The notes beneath the pieces are model-generated. The model was not told the DNA's origin. It ran no database searches and worked only from the letters and a program-made list of their open reading frames with translations. A DNA stretch of 63,290 bases, the filler included, from Reticulomyxa filosa (Eukaryota > Protista > Foraminifera), in the NCBI GenBank assembly GCA_000512085.1. It is 23 parts of 23 records of this genome, joined end to end, with 100 filler letters (N's around TTAATTAATTAA, not from the genome) between each part and the next. Parts side by side here need not be neighbours in the genome. Positions count along the whole stretch, not along the records: positions 23,757 to 25,583 come from ASPP01002916.1; positions 25,684 to 28,443 come from ASPP01010985.1; positions 28,544 to 33,837 come from ASPP01020415.1; positions 33,938 to 37,885 come from ASPP01021017.1; positions 37,986 to 40,997 come from ASPP01020650.1; 18 more parts are not named here. One strand, written 5' to 3'. Of the stretch, positions 24,201-38,021 are shown piece after piece (the stretch's first letter is position 1; each line of letters begins with the position of its first letter). Made by a program: the position numbers and the translations under genes.

Positions 24201-25849
24201 AGAAAATAGTATTATAATACCAGCCAACAACTCACTTCCACCACTTATTGTGAATTCTTCCACTGGACGTATGTTCGTCGTTGTGGGCTTTGCCAAGTGT
24301 CCAAGCACAACGTTTTGCACAAGCCATGTCATTGTCTGTTTATATTTTATATATGCATATATGTATAAATAAATTAAAATATATCGTTATTATTGTCAAA
24401 ATTTTTGTTTATACTTCTATTCACACTTTTCTTATTTATTTATTTCTTCATTGAAAGAAAGGTAAATAGAAATTAACTGGAACTTGTATCACGTAATATC
24501 ACACTTATTATTTTTGCAAAGCATGTTATATACGTATAATTTTGATTGGCAATATTTATGACCGTGATTTGTATGATAATTGATTGATAGTTGGTGCTGA
24601 TAGTGTGAGAGTTGGTGCGACAGTTGGCGCGATATTTGATTTGGCAGACGATGTGGTTGCCTGTGTAATTTGATATAATATTGTCCGTTTTTGTGGGGAG
24701 TGGCCTTGTTGTGAATTTTGTAATGATAACGGCCGACTTTGAAACGAATGATATGCGCATCATTCGGGGACAAATATTGAAATGGTGTGATCATACGTCC
24801 AACACCAGCGCTGAGAACTCCAACCTTGTCAAGAAAAGGAAAAAAGAGTTTTTGCAATTGTCCAAAGCACAGTTCCATATTAAAAAAAGTTTGTAATTTG
24901 AGTTCAATAATCATATTTTATGAAAATAACTTGTTTTTATCAAAATATTTTATACAAAAACTTATCAATATTTTTTTTAAGACTCTAAATCTATGAACAT
25001 TTGAACAAGATGTTTACAATGAAAACTAATGTAATGTTGTTTCTCCTTGTCATCTGTGATTTTCTAATTTCTTTTAAATTTTGGCTTATGATGTTCTTAC
25101 AAAGAAACCACTGTACAAAAGCTCTTGAAGTTTTTAATATTGATCAATATTTTTTTTAATTGGAGGTTTTCCATTCGAAGGAATACAGAAAGGACAGCTT
25201 TCAAAAATGAGACAAAAGAAAGAAAGCCGAACACAAAGTCCACAGGTATAATGATTTGTGATTATCAAATGAAAAGAAGATAACAGCATGTAGCCAAAGA
25301 GCAATGTCTTCACGTAAATTGTAACAGCCATTTCCTTAAGTTCATGCACCTGTCAATGTACTTTCTGTTCCATTCTTGAATAATGTCTGATTTTTTCAAC
25401 CAGGCCTCTTTCATCGTAATAAGTTGACAGGCAACTTTTTTTTTTTCTGCTACAAGCAACGAAAGAAAAAAACCCCAGCAACACGAGCCCAGGGCAAGCT
25501 ACTTAATTAGACGTGCTCTGTATTGGCAGCGAATAACTGTTTTTTTTTTGACTTAAACTTGGCATTGTAAAAAAGCAAAGATGNNNNNNNNNNNNNNNNN
25601 NNNNNNNNNNNNNNNNNNNNNNNNNNNTTAATTAATTAANNNNNNNNNNNNNNNNNNNNNNNNNNNNNNNNNNNNNNNNNNNNAACATTAGGGGCGAAGG
25701 GGGATCCCATTATATTCATTTTTTTTTTATTTTTTTTTTTTTGAAGTTATTTATTATATGTAATATGTGTATGTATATTGCATATGTATTATATATGTAC
25801 ATATACATATACATATATATGTATGTATATATATACGTATATAATGTCA

Positions 25850-26437
25850 CAAACTTGTTCCCATTTTGAAAGACAATGTTTTTGGTATCGGTAATATCGT
25901 ATTCTCCTGTGCACACGTCTTGAATGTTGCTCGTGTAAGCAAATTTCAATACACTGCATTGGTCCAAATACGGACAACTTCCGATCAACACTTTGGCGTA
26001 ATTATCGGTGGTCGATTCGGACCCAAACTTCCAATTCGTACTGCAATTGTAAGGATGTGGGATGTTGGACAGCTGACATGCTGCGTAGTAGGTGTTGCCT
26101 CCTAGACTGGTTCCAATAAACCATTGCTTGGCATCCACGCTGAAATACATGTACAGACTTGTTAAACTACAATCACTACTGCTTGTCATTTGGTAATACG
26201 CATAATTGTTGTACGTCCCTCGGTACACATACTCTCCATTCAATTGCGTGTTTGTGTTTTTGTTGCCGCTTCCACGGTACCACATGCACACATCTATTTC
26301 CGTCCCCGTCAAACACTTTTCCGTCACAGTCTTCTCACCTTTCCAACTTGGACATCTTAACTCTGCGCATTTGCTATTGAAGAGAATATTCCTAAGATGA
26401 CAAATGCTTTACAAAATAATGAAGTATTGATGAACAT
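25850..26437 (-). CDS. Secreted Cys/Tyr/Gly-rich protein, 3'-partial
   Basis: Signal-peptide-like MFINTSLFCKAFVILGIFSSIANA-Q splices (phase 1) to NVCMWYRG..LNGEYVYRGTYNNYAYY..WFIGTSLG..C..C..W. Confidence 0.6.
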
Positions 26438-26941
26438 TGTAAACAATAAAGTAATTTACACGCTGCGACACTTGGAAATAAATTAAAGAAAAGCAAGCAA
26501 AGCTATTTTTAAAAACACCTTTGGCTTTGCTTTCATACATTGTTTAAACATTTTTAAGCATAAGCAACTGGTTTGGAAACTTGCTGTCTCATGTCTTGCA
26601 TCTGTTTAAAAAAACTTTACTTAAATACGGCTAGCCTTGAGCAATTATTAAATCTCGTAAGAACATAAATTGTTTGTCACACAAATCAAGAAATTTGGAA
26701 TGATTAGATATCTTAATAACAAAAATTAAAAAAATTATTAAAAACCAAAGAATGAAGCAAATCGATTTGGATCTGTTTTTTTGTCTTGGAAATCATGAGC
26801 TAAGAAAAGAATGAAACAAAAAAAACAAAACAAAAAAAGAAATGCAATGGAATTATTGGAATATTTATGTTTGAGAGGAAAAAATAACAACAGCACCATT
26901 TTGAAGTCAAGTCATTTGATTACAAATAAACCGATAGTGGA

Positions 26942-28400
26942 TTATTCATCTAAAAAAGAGTGTTTATTTTCTTCCAATAAAGAAGCAATTTGGGAGAAGT
27001 TGGGTCGTTTCGAAGGATCTTCAGCCCAGCAGCTATTCATCAAGCTGACAAGAAAGTGTGAATCTGGACACCCTCTCAAATCATCATCTTTTAATGGAGG
27101 TCTCTTTCCTGACAATACTGCCGTTTGAATATCGACGTATGGTTGGCCTTTGTATATTTCGCGACGTGTAATTATTTCCCACAATACACAACTATTGCGT
27201 TTTGAGTTGTGAAAGACGCATTCCAAGGTGTGCTTTAAAGAACAGGAAGAGCAAGAGAGCAAGAGAGCAAGAGAGATAGAGAAAGGAAAAGGAAGGAGAA
27301 ATTATTAAAATATAAGTATGTATTATATACATACATATAATAGATATGTACATATATGTATATATTATGTGTGGAGAGAACACATAACGCAAAGGAGTAC
27401 ACGTCAGCAGAAAATCCATACACTGATCTTCGAATGGCACGTGCTTGTCGACTTCCTGGCTTGAATTCAATATTTTTGAGGATCTCAGGCGCCAAAAACT
27501 GAACCGACCCAACGATGGTGGACATGGACTCGGTGATTTGGAACAAAGCGCTTGTAAAACTGTAGGGTGGATTGTCGCCTTTGTTGTTGTCATTGCCGTC
27601 TTCAAGTTCGTCTTCGATGTAAGACATCCCATCGGTACTGCGCTGTGAAGATTCTAGTACCGGGGACTGATTTGTTCCAAAGTTCAATCCAAGATTTTTT
27701 TTCAGTTGTCCGATCAGTCCAAGTTTTTTCCTTTCCTGCTTTTGTGTGTATGCACATGTGTATGTGTTATTGTTTTGAATTGAAGTTCAAAGGGGGAGGG
27801 GGGGGGGGGAGAAAAAAAAAAAAAAAAGGAGTAGCATAGGAATGAAACAAAACAAATTGTAGTGATTTGGGTGACGACGTCAATAAATCAGGCGAAAAAT
27901 TCGGAGAGGGGTTGGATTGTGTCGATCCTCCAGTGTTGATATTCGTCTGGCAATTTGTCGCATTAAAGCTGTTGGAGGTATTATGTAGCGTTGAGCCTAA
28001 ATAGTCTTTAGTCCCAATAGCGTGTGGTTTGATTTCCAGGTGTACGTCATTGGATTGATATTGGGAATCTACAATAAAAAACAATAAGAAGCAAAATAAT
28101 GTCGCTCACGTGGACCCCACAAAGCAAAGACCATATATAATACATATATTCTATGTATATATATATATATATATACATATATACATATATATGTATATAT
28201 AATAGTCATATTCATACCGTTCATATTGGAGTACTGTTCGAGATTGACTGCTCGAGAGGAGCCAAAAATCACAAATTTTGACAACATAATTTGCGTCTTT
28301 ACCCTCTTCATGGATTAGCAAATTGAGAGACTTCAAATCACGGTGCACCAAGCCATTGTAATGTAGGTGTTCCACCCCATTGGCAACATCTGTCCATTTA
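26942..28400 (-). CDS. TKL-type protein kinase, C-terminal part, spliced
   Basis: VHRDLKSLNLL, VKICDF(G) (one extra T in a T-run near 28265), GSVQFLAPE, ADVYSFA, LWEIITR, CWAEDPSKRPNF. Confidence 0.9.
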
Positions 28401-28543
28401 TCCATTCCATTAAAAATACACATATAATTTTTTTTTTTTTTTTNNNNNNNNNNNNNNNNNNNNNNNNNNNNNNNNNNNNNNNNNNNNTTAATTAATTAAN
28501 NNNNNNNNNNNNNNNNNNNNNNNNNNNNNNNNNNNNNNNNNNN

Positions 28544-29242
28544 TTGCTGTTGCTGTTGCTGTTGTTGTTGTTGTTGTTGTTGCTGCTTCCAGAGGTTAGA
28601 ATAACTTTGCGGAGGGAAGCGCATTCGGAAGCCAAAGTTTTCAGTGGCGCTCATGCACCCGTGGCATTGATGACAGTTGCTATTGTTGCTGTTGTTGTGT
28701 TTCACGTGGCCGTAATTGTTGCATGCCGAAGGGACATTGGACCCGTTACTTGTGACTGTTGTCGCAGTCAAGTGATTGGACAGGTCACCAAATCCGGTGC
28801 TCGGCGATACAAACGAAAATGGTTTCATCGGCTGCTGAAACAGCTCTTGCGTCTCTTTACTACTACTACTACTACTACTACTATTGTTACTGTTATTGTT
28901 GTTATTACTGTTATTATTGTTACCATTACTAATGCCGTTGCTGCTACTGCTGCTGTTACTGTTACTATTACTATTACTGTTACTGTTACTGTTACTGTTA
29001 TTTGCGCTGCTGATCGTACTGTTTATCGTGTTATTGCTAGCACTGTTGCTATTGCCACTATTATGACTGTTTCCATATGCGTAATGCATACATTGACCAG
29101 GGGTTGAGTTCGCTATATACGTCATCGAAAGATTGTCGAATAGTCCTGACCCGGATACCATTGGAGTGATTCCCATGTATTCATTCTCACCTCCGTTCAA
29201 GTACGGGTGACTTTTTTCGCTAGTTTTTTTGGTTGTTTGCAC
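28544..29242 (-). CDS. Low-complexity N/S/Q-rich protein fragment
   Basis: Open frame of poly-N, poly-S and poly-Q running into the contig end. Confidence 0.4.
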
Positions 29243-30240
29243 TCAATACGACTGTATGCGTGCGCGAGAAAGAGAGGAAGCAAGAAAAGGAAAAGAAGAA
29301 AAGGGGGGAAAAAATACGGGAGGTGCGCACACTTACAAATTCTCTAGTTTTGGATAGGCGGTTGCCACTGGAAAAATCGCATTAATACCAGAAATGTGAT
29401 TTGTTGACAGAGAGGGGTGACTATATGCCAGATCTTGTGTGAGTGGACCAGGCACTTTTAGCATTCTGGTCCGTCGGAAATTTCAAAACTACACAACCAT
29501 CAAAAAAAAAGGGTTTAAAAACAACAAAAAAACAAGCAAACCAATCTCGCAACTGCAGCAGAGTACACAGCTTGATATAACTCACTAAATTAAAGCATTC
29601 AAGTGATCAAAAAAAGTTAAGCTTTTTTATTTTTTTTAAATACGTTATTAGTAAGTTACATTTAGTCTTTCGTTATGTAAGTTCATTGACCCATCTCTTA
29701 AAAAGAATATGAATTTTTTTAATATGACACTTGATAGTTATGCATTAAATTGTGTAGTTTACAAGTAAATGCATATGCATGATTAACATTATTTTTTGTC
29801 AATGTATTTTTTTCCAATGATTGCAATATACAACTATCGTGACTAAATACAATTAATTTTGAAATGTAATTATACATAATTAAAAGTAATAGTGATTTGC
29901 AATAAAAAAACACAATACTTGAAATATCTTGCAATTTATTTTGATATTTATTATTTTGAAATTTAAACAACAAAGTGAGATATCAAAAAAGAACAAATCT
30001 TTCAATGATTGCATTCAATCAAATCAAACAAGTTTAATATCACCTTACTTTTCTTTTAATCAAACTTTTCAAAAAAAAACACTTTCACTTCTTATTCGAT
30101 AAAAAGTAAATTGTGACCATTCAATGAAAATTATATGTAATATTCTTTGTATTCTCTTTCTTTTTCAATACAATACATAAGACAATGTATTCAGTCATCT
30201 TCACTCATATCCTTTAATAATATATAATTCATTTTTATTT

Positions 30241-30309
30241 TCGAATATCCCAAAAAAGAGTTGTATTATCAATTGATCCAGAACATATCACATTTGAATT
30301 ACCACTACT
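30241..30309 (-). pseudogene. Relic WD40 repeat in very AT-rich decayed DNA
   Basis: Translates SSGNSNVICSGSIDNTTLFWDIR with no long flanking ORF. Confidence 0.5.
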
Positions 30310-32817
30310 ACAGTAGTTTGCAAAAAGTGTACTTTTTTAGTATTTGACTTGTATATCTTTATTGAAAAGAGCTAAAGTAAAAATAATTTTATAGATACAT
30401 AAAACAAATCACATACTATCTTTACTTTATATTGTACTATCTTATCTCTTGCATTTATTTGAAAGGTTATACATTCAATTTTTATATATGGCTTTTACAG
30501 TATGCATTTTTTTTAAACAAAAATTTTTTTATTGCACCATATCAAACTGTAAAGAAAAAATAATCCATTCAACAAACGTTTACACTTGTGTTTAAAAGAA
30601 GATTTTATATTTAATTTACTATTTGTTTGTATCCCATCCGAAAGCATTTGCAAAGCTATTCCCTTAGCAAAAATCATTATAGGGAAGCAATGTGATGAAT
30701 TTACATTCTTATGTATTTTTGTGAGTTAAATACTTTAATATTAATCAGTATAATTAATTTTAAACTTTTTTTGTTTGGTAAGATAATTTTTTTTGAACAT
30801 TGAATTTTTCAAACACATGATGAAAAAGAATGATGCAAAACTTTTCAAATAAATGCAATATATAATATAGTACATCATAGAGTAAAGATAGCATGTGATT
30901 TGTTCTGTGTAACCAGATTGAAACAAATTGTAAATGAAGCAATAGAATAACTTTATACTGAATAAGCGAAAAAGAATAAGAGAAAAAATGTTGTAAGAAA
31001 TAAAAGAAAAAGAAAAAATCTTAAACAAAGTTATTAAGCATATTTGATTCAAAATTAGAACATTAAAGTAAATTTTCATGGTTAACATAATTAGAAAATA
31101 AAGAATCAAAGAAAAAAGAATTAGTAAGAAAAACAAGTACATTATTGTATGTTTGTAGATTAACAGATGATGCAGAATTTGAATATTATATTAAAATTAG
31201 AAATATATATGATATGTCAAAAGCAAAATTAATGATCACAGAAAACAAATACTTAATTGATACGTATTTTAAAGATTTACTGATTAATGATAAAGTAAAG
31301 TTAACTAAAACATCGTAAGAAATGATAAATAAAAAATAATTAATATAATGAAGAAATTTGAAAAATTATCATATATACTTCAATAAAACTAAATAAATAA
31401 AGACTATTGATGACATTGCATAGTCTAGCATTCTTGGTCGTTAGACAAATAATATAATTATGTGCAAAAGAATTAAGTGTTAAAAATACAGATAACATGA
31501 AGCTAGTAAAGTTTTCTTCAATGCTTAAGTTTACTTTTTTCATTAAAGTAATTAATTGTAATTTATAAAATTATACATTATTAAAGGATTCAAGAAATAG
31601 TATATATTACAACAAGCTTATCAGATCCAGAAATTCAAGTTTTTGCGAAGAATGAATTCAAAATCAAATTAGAGAGATCAAAAGATTATATGAAAGAGAA
31701 AATCGTAAAGATATTAGAAAGTGACATGTATATATGTTGCTATATGCTTGCAATAAATAAGCAAAAGTAATGAAATAAAATGATGTTGGATTATACTAAA
31801 AGAGATTGTATGTAATGTAAAGAGAATCTGCAATAGCTAAAAATTAGCGATAAGTACATGAAGATTACAAAAGAATTCTTAAATTTGGCATATTGCTTTA
31901 TTACGAAATTCTATAAAGATAAAATAATCTTTACATGTGAGTATCTAGTAATTGAAGATATGAATAACATGATCATTGATTTATTAGATCTAACAGATCA
32001 CAAAATAGTTAGTATAAATAGATTGAATACTAAATAATACTTGTAATTGAAAAATAATAATAACAAAAATTTGACTCATATAATGTAAGTGAACAAGACA
32101 ATAATGAGGTTTAGTACTATATCAACTGTAGTGCAAAAAACAAGATTATCTACATATGTAATGTACTTACCTTTGATGTTTGTCCTAGGCATGAGTGGTT
32201 TAGTGAAATGCATAGCTTCGACCTGATACAGGCTGTCTGCTCTTTTTTTTTTCTTCTCAAAATTATTTTAAAGAAAAATTGTATCAATCTCTTTCATTGA
32301 TAAAAAAAGTAATTGCTAGACGTTTTTTAATTGAAAAAACTGTTTCTTACAAAAAAATATATATAATGATATAATATTTTCGACACATCACCTTTATTGC
32401 AGTTTTTCCCTCCAGTTTTTTGATCGTATCCGAAGTTGGGTGTCACTTAAATGAAATACTTTTTAATTATTTTCCAATTGGAATTATCTTTTTCCAAAAA
32501 TTTTTGACCAAATCACATCACCACACAATAAGGAAAAACAAAACTTAAAAAACAAAAACAAAAAGAATCACTTTGTTCGATAGAGAAACAAAGATGTTTA
32601 TATTCACAATTGATGAAAGATGTCTTTTGAAGCAATTACTTTCATCACATTTATTTAAAACAGATGTAAGATTACAACGAATATGTTTGTGCTTTTGCTC
32701 ATGATAATATAGTCACAGACTATTGAAATTTCTCAAACTAAAGAGAAAAAACGAAAAAAAAACGAAGAAAAAAAAATAATAATATGTTCGACATTTTTTA
32801 ATTTTTTGCAAATTAGA

Positions 32818-33837
32818 TCAATTAAATTCATCTTCAGCATCTTCCTTAAAAATAAAAGTTCCTTGTGCTTCTTCTTCTTCATAGTCAAAATCTGAATCAC
32901 TGTAAGAGCTTTCATCACCTTCATCATTATTTCCATCACCGTTGTCATTGTCGTCATCATTTTCATTGTCGTTGTTATTCTCTAACAGACGAAGTTTGTC
33001 TACCTTGAGTAATTTTTCATCCTTCAAAGACGCATCTCTCAGTTCTATTAAAGACTGTCTTTGAATGTGCTCCTCATGGTCTGCTTTCAATTCTACAATA
33101 CTTTGTTGAAATGCAGTAGTGAATTCATCCTGTTCTGTTCGCATCGCCAATAGTTGTTTTCGGATTTCTTCCACTGTTTCAAATTGTAACATATAAATGT
33201 GTACATAATATTAGCATACGTATACAATTTGCATTTTGTTTTTTTTTTTTTTTTTTGTGGTTCAACAAAAAAAAAAAAAAAGAAAAAGAACTGGTGTCTT
33301 TCTTCAAATGAATAGCCTCAGTCGGTGTTGTTTCTTTGACCGTGGATAAATCCTTGAACATAGGATCAACATATTTGGTTTCGTCTTCAGTTTCATCTTC
33401 TTCTTCCTTCTCCTCGGGCACCGTCAGAGTGGACTTCTTTTTAGAACGATGTATGGTCGATGTTGCAGAAGTTCCACTTTGAGTCGAGGCAGAAGCAGAA
33501 GTGGAAGAATCAGTTGCAACGGATTGCTGTTTGTTTGTAGACTCTGTGCTATTCGTTCCTTTTTGAGTTGTCGCACTTGAACTGGAAGTAGAAGTAGACG
33601 TAGAGGTGGAAGTAGAAGTAGAGGTAGAGGTAGAGGTAGACGTCGAGGTAGAAGTAGAAGTAGAGGCTGTAGTAGTGGTAGTAGCAGGAGGCTCATTTTT
33701 TTGAGACTCTTCATTTTTCGTCAGTGCAATGGCGTCGTTAACAGACAATAATAAGTGACTCGGAATAGGATTTGGGTTCGAAGCTTTATTTTCATTACTC
33801 TTTGACGCTGCGAGCGAGGAAGAAGAAGAAGAAGAAG
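32818..33837 (-). CDS. S/T-rich and acidic/coiled-coil protein, C-terminal exons
   Basis: ORFs 33179-33748 and 32818-33192 separated by a T-run/A-run intron-like segment. Confidence 0.45.
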
Positions 33838-33955
33838 NNNNNNNNNNNNNNNNNNNNNNNNNNNNNNNNNNNNNNNNNNNNTTAATTAATTAANNNNNNN
33901 NNNNNNNNNNNNNNNNNNNNNNNNNNNNNNNNNNNNNAAAAAAAAAAAAAAAAGA

Positions 33956-34700
33956 ATGATTGGTCATTGGTTCACTATGCTGCAAGGAACGAAACAATCC
34001 CATGTGAATTGACGTTAAATCTCATCAAAGAAAAAATATCCCCTGAAATCTGGCAGAAACTCTTGCTCATGCCCGAAAAAAAAGTTTTGTCTGGTCTTCT
34101 TTTTTGAAATTTGTGAACTCTACCAAAAAAAAAAGAAATGAACATTCGGTTGTTGTCTAAAAGTTTGGCTATACCCCTTTGATGCTCGCAGTTCAAAACC
34201 AGGCTGCACTGCTGCCGGCTGTTATGAAACTGTTGATCCCCGAAAAAATGCCTGATGAGGCCGTCTTTTGGGGAATTGTTGATACTAAGGTATTTCAAAA
34301 TATTGTTTTGCTTTTTTTTTTTTTTTGGAAATAGTTTTACACTTAGCTCTATCAGCTCTATCATTCGCAAAGACTTGTTTTGTTTTTGCAAAAGATGGGC
34401 AGAAATTTGATACATTTGGCTGCGTCTAATGTACACCCCAATGGAACTGTGCGATTCCAAGCTCTTCAAAAATATATCCCAGAAAAAATATGGAACGAAT
34501 TGGTTTTTGCAAAAGACAAGGTTAATTTTTTTGACTTAAGAAAAAAGGAAAAAAGATATATTGGTTAAGTACAAAAAAATAAAACAAAAAATAGCGCGAT
34601 TTGACGCCTTTGCTATTGGCAGTGGAATACCAACACTTGGACTCAGATTCGATAAAGTTGTTAGCCAATGAAAATTCTTGGGAACTCACTGACAATGTTT
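33956..34700 (+). CDS. Ankyrin-like repeat protein fragment, spliced
   Basis: Short repeated exons such as GRNLIHLAASN, GYTPLMLAVQN and DLTPLLLAVEY. Confidence 0.5.
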
Positions 34701-35310
34701 AGATTGTCTACTTTCTTCGTTTCTTTTTTTTGTTGTTGTTCTTTGTTTGAAATGTAAACAAAAGATAACAATAATGATGATAGACCGGAAATAATATTCT
34801 CCATTGTTTTGCCCGATCTGAAAGTTTGGAAAATGTTGCAACTCTGCAATTGCTGAAGAGTAAGATTCCACCAAAGATTTGGTTAAAATTACTCAAGACA
34901 GCTGACTATCAGGTTTCTTCTTTTAAAACAATATCTTTTCTACTTTTTTGATCATCATTTCTGGTTTGTCACATAAAAAAAAAAAGAAAAAACTGACTCC
35001 GCTCCAGATGGCGTTGAGACTACACAAACCGGAAAAAATAATGCGATTGCTCAGCACTTAAACAATTTCCCTTGAAGAAAAACAAAAGCAAAAAACGTGG
35101 TGTGTATTGTCTACTTTTATATTTCGTGGCTGTAAAGTTCATTGTGGTGGGGGGTTCTTTCAATCATAAAATAAAAACATCGATTTCAACAAATTACAAA
35201 TGAAAAGATTTTGCTAAAAAAAATAATAATAACAAAGCAATGACTTTTGCCGATCTTTTTTTTTGTGTTTGTTTATTTTTTCCACCAATTTTTTTTTACA
35301 AGAAATATCT

Positions 35311-36919
35311 TTACTTGGTTCTTCCTTTGAGTTGTGTGATTATGGATTGAAACATTTGTTTGGGTAAGTGTTGTTTCAAATACGGATGTTGATCGATACT
35401 TTGAATAGTGTGTAAGATCTCATGATTCAATTTGGATTCCTCTTCTTTATACAAATCATGCAATCGCAACTCTCGATAAATGTCTTTGACAGCAGCAATT
35501 TTTGAAGGATCATTAATTCCGTAATTGGCTTTTAACAAATTAAACTGACGTGAGTTACAAAGAGGTAACGCTTTGACAATTAACCAGGAGCACTTTTTGT
35601 CTTGGATATCAGTTCCTTGTTTTCCAGTCAACTTTTCATCGCCAAAGCAATCTATGGCATCGTCGTCAATCTGAAATTTATACCCTAATTTTATGCTCAT
35701 ATCATACACAAATTCAAACAACGTTGCTTCCAAATTCTCTTTTTTGTTCGTTTCATTATGGTTGGTGTCGCTCTTATTATCAAGAGTGGTTTGATTTTTG
35801 AAATAGGTAAAGTCGCTCAAGCCATTCAAGTACAAAGCCGAAGTGAAAGGCAAATAGAATGAATACAGCGAGGTTTTGTACTTGACAATCGTTTGATAGC
35901 GATCTAACGTGTAATAATCTTTCAATTTGTTCATATCTTCGATTAATTCCAAATCCATCATTTGTCCAAGCGCAGTACATAATGTTACATGATGAAACAA
36001 AGACGCCAACATGCTCGATAATGATGATTTTTTGCCCACCAATTTTTCCTCTTCATCACTTACCTTTTTTTTTTTTAAACAAAAAAATTTTGCTTATTCA
36101 TCAAACTTGTGTTTTTTTTGTTTCCAAAAAAAAAAAAGAGGTTAAAAAAACAGCAAAAACAACAAGCCTCATTTGTGACCAAGGAAACTAAACAAATATT
36201 TGATTGTAAAGCAGCCAAAAGACATACGACTGAATAATGGGCCCATCATTGGCCGCCTTCAAACCAACGTTGTCATATTTATACCAGCAAGGCTTTCCAC
36301 GACGGGTCAAGGACTGGTCCATAATATCATCCATGACCAAGAAATAAGCTTGGAGTGCTTCAACGGCACAGGCACAGACAATGCTGTTTTGAATGTCACA
36401 ATGAGTCAACTTCTTATTTTGAAGTTTTTTCATTTCGTCGATGGTCTGCAATAATGTTATCCCACGTATATTCTTTCCACCAATTATACACTCTTGCAAC
36501 ATGTATTGTAAACGGGACATAATCTGCTCTCGAAAGACTTTGCTTTCGGCTTCTATGTTTTCTGTCCCCATTCCAAACTTTTGTTGTGACTCGGAGAGAT
36601 GGCGGATAAATTCTTCGATCAAATATAACTGTCCATTATTTATCATATCTCTTGCCTTGTTCCAATCTTCTACCATCACCTCTCCAGCTTGCTTCTTGCT
36701 TCCACTCCCTCCCGTCGCTGGCTCTTCCTTTCGAGCTGCTTTCAAAAACTGCTTGATTTGTTCCGATTTTTCCACGTCTCCGAACACGCGTGGCAGTGAC
36801 ACCGGCGAGAGAAAGGGAGGCTGGTATAAATGAGGAGGAAAGTGTCGCGACAGTGATTTCGAGGTAAAAAAGCGTTTTGACAGCCTCGCACACCCAAAAT
36901 ATTTTAGATTTTGCATCAT
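35311..36919 (-). CDS. FDPS: Farnesyl diphosphate synthase (trans-prenyltransferase) with N-terminal extension
   Basis: GGKNIRG, LQAYFLVMDDIMD..TRRGKPCWY (FARM), GQMMDL, KYKTSLYSFYLP, FQIDDDAIDCFGD..GKQGTDIQDKKCSWL (SARM); one intron at about 36065-36193. Confidence 0.93.
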
Positions 36920-37225
36920 GTCTTTTTTGGTAAATAATTGAATAATAAATAATTTTTTAAAAAAAAAAAATCGAACTAAATGAAAACCTGGCACGACAGT
37001 CAAAAGTATAATTTTTAATTTTAAAATTCTTTCCAAAAAAAAAAAAAAAAATTTACTTCACTTTTTTGGAAAAGCTTGTAATACAAACGTAGAACTAAAT
37101 TGCCAACAGCAAACAAAACGGGGGAAAAAAACATTTCAGTTTTTTTTGTAATTGATAAATGGGCAACCAACCATTTGCGGGCATGTTTTTTTTTAAAAAA
37201 AAAAAGAGGAGGCAAAAAAATTGAA

Positions 37226-37700
37226 CTATTCTTCTCCATCCATGGTCAAAAATCTGGACTCTTTTCTCATGATACTTTCCAAGTCCGTTCTGGTATCGCT
37301 ATTGGAGTTATCACGATTGTCAAAGTCTTCCGGTTCGCTAAGATCGTCATTGGCGTCATAAACGACAAAGGGACTGCCGACGGCCTCTTCGGACCGATGA
37401 TCAGCATTAATGCTCGAATCGGGTGGATGCATTCCTACTCCTCCTCCGCCTCCTCCTCCTCCTTTTCTGTATTTGGAGTGATAGTGATGATCACCTCCAG
37501 AGCCATTATTGTGCAAGGAGCGAGCATTAGAAGGAGGCTGAGAAGACAGAGGGGGATAATTTTTGCTATGATGCGAAGAGACTCCAGTCCTGGAATTGAT
37601 CGGATAGTCCTCTTCATTGCCATCCAGTCTGGCCTGATCTTTGAAAGAAGATCGAAGAACATCCGAGTGCTTATCGGCTTTGACATAATATAATAAGAGA
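37226..37700 (-). CDS. Hypothetical protein, C-terminal exon
   Basis: 161-aa hydrophilic ORF downstream of a (TA)n intron-like tract. Confidence 0.35.
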
Positions 37701-37805
37701 CAATGTATCATATTATGGATTGTGATATCATGGATAAAAATCCAATATGTATTTGTTGCAAAAGGTGCTTTTCATCTATTTTTTTTATTAAATATCGATA
37801 TTATA

Positions 37806-37846
<41 letters not shown>

Positions 37847-37985
37847 CACATATATACATATATTATTTTTAATTAAAAAAACTAANNNNNNNNNNNNNNN
37901 NNNNNNNNNNNNNNNNNNNNNNNNNNNNNTTAATTAATTAANNNNNNNNNNNNNNNNNNNNNNNNNNNNNNNNNNNNNNNNNNNN

Positions 37986-38021
<36 letters not shown>

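Noticed and set aside
21978-25583. Short ORFs in two contigs
   Set aside because: Only gene ends or fragments with no identifiable domain.
28544-29107. Poly-Leu/Val/Ile membrane-like ORFs (also 51-404, 8782-9075, 44387-44937)
   Set aside because: They are antisense or off-frame translations of trinucleotide repeats.
30700-32200. A-rich stretch possibly from a decayed mobile element (similarly 44990-45989 and 38900-40600)
   Set aside because: No sustained ORF or recognisable motif, so no call can be supported.
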